Shown here one piece after another: positions 27,220-37,370 of a DNA stretch of 64,000 bases. The position numbers and the translations under genes were made by a program. The DNA is taken from contig NW_015163156.1 of NCBI RefSeq assembly GCF_001447785.1, positions 200,725 to 264,724 of the forward strand, given 5' to 3'. The DNA is from Gekko japonicus (taxonomy: Eukaryota). Numbering within the stretch: the first letter of the stretch is position 1; each line of letters starts with the position of its first letter. Under the pieces are notes generated by a model, which made no database searches, was not told the DNA's origin, and saw nothing but the letters and a program-made list of their open reading frames with translations.

Positions 27220-27700
27220 AACATTTTATTATCAGGATATAACAACATGTCCAATGACATAGCATTCCATCATTCACAATATACCCCTTTCCCCTTCCTC
27301 CCTCCCTCCCCTTCCTCAGGCTTCCCGCAGTGATCCCACCCCCACCAAATCTCTCTCTCTTATCTGTTCCTTCCTCTAAAACAAAACTTAATAGGTAACA
27401 GTTTCTTTAACTACCTTATTCTTGTATTCGACTTCATAGGTAACTTTTTCTTTAACTATAATCATCTTCTGTTAAGCATACTTCTTAACAGCCTTTATTT
27501 GTGTAAGCCTCTCAAAAAAAGGGAGCACTCTTCACTGTAAAGAAAGTTACATACATAAAAAGACCCATGATATTTTTCTTTGTTCTTCTTAAAAAATCAG
27601 CCTCTGTTTAGGAGTCATGTAATTTCTTTCAAAAGTTCCCTTTCAGTCATACTTGTATGGAAGCAAGTATTCCTCGCAAAGTATTACTCTAACATAAACA
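27220..27700 (-). mobile_element. Probable L1 3' end fragment
   Basis: Minus strand is A-rich with a G-rich 3' UTR (gggagggagg...) and AATAAA near 27225-27230. Confidence 0.4.
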
Positions 27701-27927
27701 CATGGCCTTAATGTCGACCTTGAGGCTGGGCTTTGTATTTTTAAATCTTGTGGTTGAAAACAATTTGGGACTTTCTCCTACCATTGTAAATGTTTGCTCA
27801 AGCAACTGTTTGTACACAAGAGCACTTTTCCATCTTTGCGTTAAATCAGTGCAAACACATAAGTTTGTAAAGCATCTCAGGCAAGTTGCTGGGGAGAAAT
27901 TTGGAACATAGGGAAGGCCATGAGCAG

Positions 27928-28237
27928 CAGGGGTCGTTTTGTAGAAAAAGAGCTAGGGGAACTCATTAGCATAACTCATTAGCATATGCCACACCCCCTG
28001 ACATCACCGGACGTGTGTCATAAGGCCACACTCCCTGACATCACCGGAAGTGTGTCATAAGGCCACACACCCCGCCGGCAACGGTCCCAGCCGCCGCCGC
28101 CGGCCTTGCAGCTCCACTAACGAGCCCCATGAGGGGCCCGGCGGTGGACCTGCAAGNNNNNNNNNNNNNNNNNNNNNCCCCCGTACCTCACCCGGGGGAA
28201 CTGCGATCCCCCGCGATCCCCCCCAAAATGACCTCTG
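27928..28237. mobile_element. hAT MITE (same left end as 11299 element), contains 21-nt N gap
   Basis: TIR CAGGGGTCGTTTTG/CAAAATGACCTCTG; perfect 8-bp TSD atgagcag. Confidence 0.9.
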
Positions 28238-28774
28238 ATGAGCAGGCTTTCGTCTCCCATGCCGGGACCACCATTCTGAGTTCCTTTTCTCCTAATTACA
28301 CCCAGCATTCTCACTGTCAGCCTTCTGTGAAGGAATCAAATGTCAATCAGATAGGATTTTCAGCCCCCCCCCGGCCATTGGCAGGGGCTGGGGTTAGGTT
28401 TGCCAGCTCCAGGCTGGGAAACTCCTGGGGATTTGGGGATGGACAGGGACTTCAGTGGCGTACAATGCCATGCAGTCCACACTCCATATAATCTCTTTTC
28501 TCCAAGAGAACTGATCTTTGAAGACTGGAGATGAGCTGTAATTCTGGGTCCCCAGATCCCATATGGATTTTGGCATCCCTACTATCAAAGGACTTAAATC
28601 TTCCTTCTACCCTGCCCCTTACTGAGTAGACCTGAGATTTCTGCGTAGAACAGGAGTTGAGTGGACAGCAGACTTACCATTTCTTTAGGCAAACTGGAAC
28701 TTCTCTTGAAATCCGGGTAGCTATAAACATTACCCATTACCCTATCTGCACTGCCATACTATCATCATGAGCAC

Positions 28775-29549
28775 TAGGGATGGGTACAAACCAAACCATG
28801 AAGCAAAATTCATCACAAATTTTGCCCTGTTCGTGGTTCACGAAGTCAAGTTCATGGCAGGGCACCCAGCACGAACTTTCCATGAACTTTGATATTCTTC
28901 AGGGAGGTTCATGCTGGTTCATGAGTGGATGCATTCCCAGACTGTCTCTGCTCAATCAAAACGTTTGCAAAACTTCAAAGCAACAACCTGGAGGGCATGT
29001 ACAGGAGCACCTGGGGGAGGTCCCCTGTGACAGGATCAATTCTATACACTCCTGAATTTTGGTTATTTTGATGGGTGCAGGTTCAGGACTATATAGAATG
29101 GATCCTGTGCAAGCTAATGACACCAAACTCACAGGGGATTTCTGGATGACTCTCCTCTACCTGCTGTCCAAGTCTGGTGAGGATTGGATGTATGGGGTCC
29201 ATATTATGGCCCCCCAAAGAAAGTGTTCCCAGGAAAGTGCTTTCTGGGGAAATGACAGGTCATTTCCCCAGAAAGCACTTTCCTGGGGGCACCTTCTTTG
29301 AGAAGGGCATAACTCAGACCCTGTAAATCTGGTCTTCACCAAACTTGGACAGCAGGTAGAGGAGAGTCGGACTGAGATCCTTGGCAAGTTTGGTGTCTCT
29401 AGTGGGAGGGGAAGCTACCTCCTCACAATCCTCATGAACCAAACTGGTTCGTAAGGCAGCTAAAAATTTGTGATGATCCATGGTTCGCAAACGGGGCACA
29501 TCACAAACCACGAACCAAGTTGTATTTTCCCTGTTCATGCCCATAGTTA
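28775..29549. mobile_element. Non-autonomous hAT element with central palindrome
   Basis: TAGGGATGGGTACAAAC/GTTCATGCCCATAGTTA imperfect TIR; perfect 8-bp TSD atgagcac; subterminal ggttc(a/g) and gaacc motifs. Confidence 0.8.
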
Positions 29550-29872
29550 ATGAGCACTTCTTATTTTCTGTAATAACATTGACAATGTTTTTTAGAGGGG
29601 GGTCTGTGTTACAAGAAGGCATTTGTTGTAGCCTGATTTGCATAGTTTTTCATTTTGGCAGAGTGATGTTTATATTTTCAAGGGTATGCTTTTCTTTTGT
29701 TCACCTCATCCTTTCTCTAAGCCTTCCTTTTTATTTGCTGTTCTCCCTTTATCCTTTTCTTTCTCATCTCATTTTTCATCATCGTGTGGTTAATTCTCCC
29801 CCCCCCCTCTTCAGCTCATGCTACACTTTGTCTTGTGTATTGCTATGTGACAGAAAAGCCAAAGACATTCCA

Positions 29873-30060
29873 NNNNNNNNNNNNNNNNNNNNNNNNNNNN
29901 NNNNNNNNNNNNNNNNNNNNNNNNNNNNNNNNNNNNNNNNNNNNNNNNNNNNNNNNNNNNNNNNNNNNNNNNNNNNNNNNNNNNNNNNNNNNNNNNNNNN
30001 NNNNNNNNNNNNNNNNNNNNNNNNNNNNNNNNNNNNNNNNNNNNNNNNNNNNNNNNNNNN
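29873..30060. other. N block, 188 nt
   Basis: Seen directly; unique flanks. Confidence 0.95.
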
Positions 30061-31139
30061 TGCACTTGTCATATGCCTTTCCACCAAAGTGATGTTAACT
30101 ACCTTTTGAGAGCCTTATTGGACTGGTACTACTTAGAAATAGGATCATTAGTTCACTGCTCTGATTAGAAGGTTGCAATGGTTGATTAACTATTCTGGAA
30201 CTGGGATCACGGTCAGAACATTAAATGAATCACGTCGGGTTATGCTTCTAGAACTAATTTTACAATTATTTTTGCGCAATTACTTGGGGTCGTTTACATG
30301 TGTATTTCCTTTACACTGTGTTGAGCTGAGTGAATCAAAGGTGTGGGGAAGATTTCTTACCTGTATATTATAGAGTGGCAACTGACTAGGAGGGAAATGA
30401 GAAAACCAGCCTGGCCTGCTCTTGGGTCTTTAAAAGCTGACTGTAATTTGCAGGCAATTTTTTTCAGGGCAGCATGGAGAGAAACATTATCACCGGATCA
30501 TGACGCAAAAGAGCATTAATGGTACAGCTATGGTGGCCAGTGGAAAGTTGGCAATATAAAATGTGCTCGCCTAATGTGAAATCTCTCTTTGTCTCATAAG
30601 CTGCTGTGTTTAAGGTTGCCAGTTTTATTACTCAGCTCTCACTAGCATGTAGGAAGCGAAGCTTTTCCTGGTGTGGGAAAACTTTCAGTTGATACAGTTC
30701 TGGACATTGTTACTGATAAAAGGACTAAAGTATGGATAGGCATAAAAATCAGAAATTCTATTTATAATTCTCCAGTATGGTTTATATAATTATTTTTATT
30801 AAAAGTCTCATAATGCAGTGTTAAAATACAATCTGTAGTATAACAAGGGTTGTGAGTTGTTACAGATTAAACAGTAGGGAGTATAATGGTATGATCTTGT
30901 TTAAGTTGTATATTGACTTCCAGTATACCAGTTAGTATTATTGGACTTTAAGAGTGTCTAAGACAGAAAGGCTAAGCAAGTATAAAAAGAACCAGGATTA
31001 AAGATGTGCAAATACCAGAGGTTTTATGGTAGGTGAAAACTGTTGGATTACTATTTAAGGGAGATAAGAAATATACATAACAGACAAACATGGACCTTTG
31101 CTTAATAATCGAGAGAGTATAATCTCAAAGGAAGTACTT

Positions 31140-31462
31140 CTTCACCCAAAGAGTGAATTCACTGCCACAGGAAGTTGTGGCGGCTACAAGCATGGACGGC
31201 TTCAAAAGGGAATTAGATAAGCATATAGAGCAGAGGTCCATCAGTGGCTATTAGCCACAAGGTATAGATAGGGACTCTGAGGCAAGTGATGCTCTGTCAT
31301 CTTGGTGCTTGGGAGGGTCAACAGTGGGAGGGCTTCTACTGTCCTGGCCCCACTGGTGGACCTCCTGATGGCACTCGTATTTCTGGCCACTGTGTGATAC
31401 AGAGTGTTGGGCTGGATGGGCCTTTGGCCTAATCCAACATTGGTGTCTCTTATGTTCTTATG
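31140..31462 (+). mobile_element. CR1 LINE 3' end
   Basis: ORF2 C-terminal-like NSLPQEVVAATSMDGFKRELDKH, then 3' UTR ending (TTCTTATG)n. Confidence 0.85.
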
Positions 31463-32344
31463 CTGTGTGCTTTTTATTTCAGCCCTTTCTTGGTTTTGTA
31501 GAAAGTTCATTGAATTCATCCACTTGCCATAGATAATCTCAAAACTGATTTAAGAGAGTATACCTTGAAAGTGTTATATGAAATAAGGGCTTGACCCCAA
31601 ACACATTGAAGTCAGTGAAAAATCTAAATCACCAGTCCTCTGTGATGTTCTGTTGCTGTTGTGAATAAAAAAAGGAGTCTTGTTGATTTCAGTGGGAGTT
31701 GAATCACTTCATAACAGACAAGGGCCAATTTGCACCATCCTCAAACTGGCTGCTGTTCAAATAGGCAGAGCTTGTTGGTAAATACTCTTGAGTAATAGTT
31801 CTAAAAATCTTGAACTTCAAAATCAAACTGTTAATGATTAGCTTAGAGGGAAGGCTGGAAAGAAACAAATGAAGACAGAAAGATGATTATTACCAAAAAT
31901 GCTGTTCGTCCTGCTGTTGTTATCATATGAAGTTTAAGTGAGTTAACCTTTCAGCCTTTGCTGAATTCTCTCTAGTCAAACACAAATGAAGTAATTGCGG
32001 GCATTTGGGCCATGACTTCATCAGGACTACTGACATGACTCACAGCTTGCAGGATTCATAAGACATTACTGGCTGTTGCATATCTTCCTGAGTGTCATCG
32101 TTCCCTTTTTGTATGCATTCAATACAGTCAGTTGCCTGGCAAATTAGATTCGAGTACAGCTAAGGGGCAGAATGTGTTTGCATTGACACACCGCTAATCT
32201 TGGAGACCTCTAGTATGTTAATGCAGCTCCATGGGATGGTGTTAGTGCTGTATTGCTCAGAGCTGCTCAGCTCCCTGTGTTCTCACCATCACAATAGGTG
32301 GGTCAATATGGTTAGAGGCAGCCTGGGTAAAATATCCATCACCT

Positions 32345-32610
32345 AGAAGAAGAAGAGATTGGATTTATACCCCGCCCTTCACTCGGAGTCTCAGAGTGGC
32401 TTACAAACTCCTTTCCCTTCTCCTCCCCACAACAGGCACCCTGTGAGGTAGATGGGGCTGAGAGAGCTCTTTCAAGAACTGCCCTTTCAAGGACAGCTCT
32501 TGTCAGAACTTTGGCTTCCCCAGGGTCATCCAGCAGCTGCAAATGGAGGAGTGGGGAATCAAGCCTGGTTCTCCCAGATTAGAGTCCACACACTTAACCA
32601 CTTCACCAAA
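32345..32610 (-). mobile_element. Squam3-type tRNA SINE
   Basis: Same family as 20113, 48750 and 62039. Confidence 0.85.
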
Positions 32611-32943
32611 CCACTACACCTAGCCTAGCTTGGCAAATACAAAGAAAGAGTTAGGAGTTCTGATAAAATATTGTAGCTTCATGCAGCAATGTGGGGCAAG
32701 TACAGGGTATCTGAACTGTGCCAAAAAGGCAGACAAAAGTTTCACTCGAAATTGCAGTTCAGAATGAACAGTATGTTGAGTAGTTTTGCACCCACACAGT
32801 AGCAGTATTCAGCATTGTAGGTGGCCACTGTTGACACATGCTTGCTTGGGTTACATATGCCTCAGGTGATCATGCATTCTTTAGAACAAGCTCCACTGGA
32901 ATACATGTGCTGCTTTTTGCACTTATTTTATTGGTAACTCACT

Positions 32944-33146
32944 GGGTTGGAAAATACCTGGAGACTTTGGGGGTGGATCCAGGAGAGGGCGGGGTTTGGG
33001 GAGGGGAGGGACCTCAGCATGGTACAATGCCATAGAATCCACCCTTCAAAGCAGCCATTTTCTCCAGGGGAGCTGATCTCTGTCAGCTGAAGATCAGTTG
33101 TAAAAGCGGAAGATCTCCAGGCCCCACCTGGAGGCTGGCAACCCTA
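32944..33146. mobile_element. hAT (Blackjack-like) MITE
   Basis: Ends ctggcaacccta; body related to copies near 919, 12200, 15013 and 28395. Confidence 0.7.
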
Positions 33147-33148
33147 AG

Positions 33149-33259
33149 TATAAATGACCCAATCCAAGTGCTGTACAAAACATGAGTTATTCAAAAATAT
33201 CTTTCTCCTTTTGAATGATAACTCATATTTTGTACCGCACTTGGATTGGATCCTTTATA
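33149..33259. repeat. Long hairpin / palindromic MITE
   Basis: Arms ccaatccaagtgc tgtacaaaa catgagttat tcaaaa / ttttga atgataactcat attttgtac cgcacttggattgg around a 12-nt loop. Confidence 0.85.
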
Positions 33260-34924
33260 GCAAGTTATCATAAGTGCTGGTCTATTCATGGTTGTATCTT
33301 GTTCAATTGGTGGCATTCATTCATTATTTATTTATTATTTGTCAGATTTCTACCCCGCCCTCCCAGCTGAGGCCGGCTCAGGGTGGCTTACATAAAACAG
33401 TGCAGAAATTACAATTAAAACACTTAAAACAGTACTACAACCAATTGATGACATAAAGTGCTAGTATTATTGTCTGTTGTTGTTGTTGCTTTAACGATGG
33501 CTGCCATACTCAGTTCTCTCTCCAGATGATTGGCAGATTGGTAGCATTCATAATCCTATTCAGTCCTTATGTGGTTGAACAACCTTTGATAGTTGGGCAG
33601 GGAAAATGAATGACACAGGTAATTTAGTGTAAGCCATGCAGTTTTGGAGCAGCAAATAATTTCTTTTATAAGTAGATATATTTTCTATTAATGATTTGGG
33701 TGGACAGAAGTGGGAGGACAACAGTGAAGGCAAAGCAGTGAGAGGACAGACATACACAAGGTATTTGCACAAAGCATGTACAAGGCGTCTGGACCCAAAT
33801 GCTATCATGAGCAAACGTGTAGCCAGGACATGTGAGCAAAACTAAAACACAGAGAGAAGCTATGCATTTAGCCCCTCACCCCAGCAGGATTAAAACAACA
33901 CTTTTTATTCCCCCCCCCGATCTTTAATCACATAACAAAAATGACAGAAGAAGGGTGATAAGAAAGCAGTGTGAGAATGTGCTAGCACAAAGCATCCATG
34001 ATCCACCATAGAACTTCTGAAAAAACAACTGAACTTTTTTTTTTTACACTCAAGGGGGAAGTTTGGAGAGATGATCAAGTTGCCCATTTATAATTGTTAA
34101 AATTACTTGAAGGGGTTTTGATACCAACAGCTGTTAGACTGCCCAAGATATTCATTCTATGGAAGAGTAAAATAAACTTCAAGCTTCTGATATCCGGTAA
34201 TGGGAAACAGGAAACAGGGCCAATGTACTTAAATTTATTTGGACCATTAATTAATGATCATTTTAACACTGTAATATCTGTCCCTCAACCAAGTGAGGAA
34301 GTAGACTCATGTTTTTAATCATGCAGCTAGCATGTAAAGGTGGACAAAATGCTCTCTGTTTTAAATCACTTGTGCACACATATTAGGAGCCTTTCATAAC
34401 TAGAATTTCAAAGGGTGGGATTAAAGATGTAGGTGTGCCACTTATTAATTTAATTTTTTTAATACTTGCCTTTCATCCAGGAATCCCCGAGCAGGGCACA
34501 CTGTCCTTTTGGGTACATTTAATGTACAAAATGTAGGCTTGTTTACCTAAATTAATTCAGAAAGCTTCATGGCAGAGGAGGAATTAGCATTCGGGTCTCC
34601 ACAGTCTTGGTCCAAGTTCTAACCCTCTGTGCAACACTGGCTTTGCTGTGGGAAATTCCAGTATAACATAGGTGGCTCTGCAGCAATTGTGCTTTCTACA
34701 TAAATTGTGGGATCGCTCTCAGACTGATTTTAGAACCAGACTGTAGTACTAGTAAGTAACTAATTTGTGTATATGGTCGCTGCCACTCCCAGAGTGGGAA
34801 AACATATAGTAATAATTAATTTGGAAATTCTAATTAATTTAAGTGCATACATGATGCTTAATATTGTGGATAAAAAGCTTCCTCTATGAAGAAGGACGAG
34901 AACATCTTGAAACTAATTCAGCAG

Positions 34925-35173
34925 TAGCCCGTAAGTGTATCAATGAAATTTAGACATTTTATGTATTTCTATTTTTAAAAAAATATCAGCCACATTTCTG
35001 CCTTACAGAACTCAACGGAGCGTACAATATAAATAAAATAACAATTAGCCCGTGCATGTATCAATAAAATTTAGACATTTTATGTATTTCTATTTATTTT
35101 TTTTAAAAAAATATCAGCTACATTTCTGCCTTACAGAACTCAATGGAGCGTACAATATAAATAAAATAACAAT
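34925..35173. repeat. Tandem duplication, about 120 bp unit
   Basis: tagcccgt...aaataaaataacaat at 34925-35045 and 35046-35173. Confidence 0.95.
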
Positions 35174-35414
35174 AATTAAAACCAGAATTTAAAATCACAA
35201 TTTAAGACTGCCACCAAATTAACCAAACACAGTCCTAAATAAAACCATCTTCAACTGCCTCCTGAAGATCTACAGTGATGGGACCAGGCACACCTCCACG
35301 GGGAAAATGTTCCATAATTGTGGGGCTGCCACCAAAAAGGCCGTATCTCGTGTACTTACCAAACAAGCTTCTTAGGTTGATGGAACAGTCAGGAAGCCAT
35401 TTCCCTGTGATCTT

Positions 35415-35651
35415 AAGAACATAAGAACATAAGAGATGCCAATGTTGGATCAGGCCAAAGGCCCATCCAGTCCAACACTCTGTATCACACAGTGGCCAGA
35501 AATACGAGTGCCATCAGGAGGTCCACCAGTGGGGCCAGGACATTAGAAGCCCTCCCAATGTTGACCCCCCTAAGCACCAAGATGACAGAGCATCACTTGC
35601 CCCAGAGTCCCTATCTATACTTTGTGGCTAATAGCCACTGATGGACCTCTG
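35415..35651 (-). mobile_element. CR1 LINE 3' end
   Basis: (AAGAACAT)n at left; near reverse complement of 31231-31462. Confidence 0.85.
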
Positions 35652-36311
35652 CTTAATTCCTGGGCAGGAACATATGGGAGAAGGTGGTACTTTAGATACC
35701 TTGGTCCCAAGCCATGTAAATCCCACTGCCCTTCCAGATATTGCCCACAAAGATCCAGCTGGTATAAATGTGCACTATTTTCTTGACTGCTGTGGCAGTA
35801 CGTCATTTCGCACCACAAAGGAAACTTGCTCAATTTTCACTAAAGGCAAATTCTTCTCCATGTCAGTGTATGCATTTGTGATGTATAATTGAGCTCATAG
35901 CAATGGTCTTCAGTTTCAAAGGCAATTCTCCCCTTGGCTCATTCAAAATGAAAATTTCTTTAGAAATCAGTATGCGCACATGACCTGCAAGAATCATTTG
36001 GTTGCAACTGAATTAATTAAATATATTTCTCATAGATGGGAGTTTTAGTACCACCTTTGATGGACTAAATTGTCAAGGAAGAGTCAGTCGTAAGGAGTCC
36101 AGAACTCAGGCAGGGTGGCATGCCTGGTTTACCCAAATAGTGGTTGCAAATGAGCTGTGATGGTGTTCGTTGCTCCCCCTCCCTGTCCTTTTATTCTAGA
36201 TAGGTGCCTTGTTGCCAGCAAGTCCTATGCCTGGTGTGAAAACATTGTGTGTGGGGGGGTAGGTGGTAGGGAGATGGTCTTGCCAATTCTGCCTACCTTT
36301 CTTGCTCACAG

Positions 36312-36443
36312 NNNNNNNNNNNNNNNNNNNNNNNNNNNNNNNNNNNNNNNNNNNNNNNNNNNNNNNNNNNNNNNNNNNNNNNNNNNNNNNNNNNNNNNNN
36401 NNNNNNNNNNNNNNNNNNNNNNNNNNNNNNNNNNNNNNNNNNN
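36312..36443. other. N block, 132 nt
   Basis: Seen directly; preceded by a pyrimidine tract and cag. Confidence 0.95.
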
Positions 36444-36869
36444 TCTTCTTAAAGGACATTGCAGGGTCGGGAATAGGAAATATTACTCATAACATAAAGT
36501 AGGGATTAATTATGCTACTAAATACTATTGTATGAAATTTGCATATGGGTCTGGTCATAGGCAAGGGGTTAGCAAAAGTATGGCATCCTGTTTTTATTAC
36601 CTTTCTGAATAACAGAGATGTTCCTAGAGAATTGTGCATATCTCCCCCCGGTTTAAAAAACTACACAACAACAGTGAGAGGCTATTAAAGGATACATGGT
36701 CCTAATGTCCCAAGGAAAATTCCGTCAGCTTCAGGAGCATCTCATAGCACAAGTGTCTCCACATTATGTACAGAAGCATGCTCCCATGCTGCTGCCCCTC
36801 CTGCCTCCCTCTTCATGCTGGTGCTGCCAGTGCTGCTGATTAGCTTTGTCCTCCCACTATGGGGTTATC

Positions 36870-37370
36870 CAGGGCTATTTTTGGGCAGGAACACACAGGA
36901 ACGGAGTTCCGGCTGGCTCCCGAGTTGGCCACGCCCAGCAGGAACTCATTAGCATAATAGGCCACACCCAACAGCAGGAACTCATTAGGATTGGCTACAT
37001 TAGGGGTGTGTGGCCTAGCATGCAAAGGAGTTCCTGCTACAAAAAAAGGCCCTGGGAATGTGGGTGTGTGGCCTAACATGCAGAGGAGTTGGAAAGGTGG
37101 GTGTGGCTGGCCTAATGTGCTAATGAGTGTTGGCCTAATGTGGGTGTGTGGCCTAACATGCAGAGGAGTTCCTGCTACAAAAAAAGGCCCTGGGTTTTGA
37201 CAACAAACAAGGTAAACAGAATGAAAAGGGAAAGGTGGGTGTGGCTGGCCTAATGTGCTAATGAGTGTTGCTGTCAGGGTGTGGCCTAATATGCTGATGA
37301 GTTTTGCTGTTGGGTGTGGCCTATTATGCTAATGAGTTCCTGCTGGGCTTTTTCTACAAAAAGAGCCTTG
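36870..37370. mobile_element. hAT-type composite MITE with internal duplication
   Basis: TIR CAGGGCTATTTTTG/CAAAAAGAGCCTTG; flanks ggggttatc/gcggttatc; internal GGCCCTG ends near 37050 and 37190. Confidence 0.8.

Noticed and set aside
28678-28720. Minus-strand 43-nt exon with gtaagt donor
   Set aside because: Weak polypyrimidine tract and no partner exons.
29480-30109. 209-aa ORF and other X-containing ORFs
   Set aside because: Length is inflated by N runs, which cannot contain stop codons.
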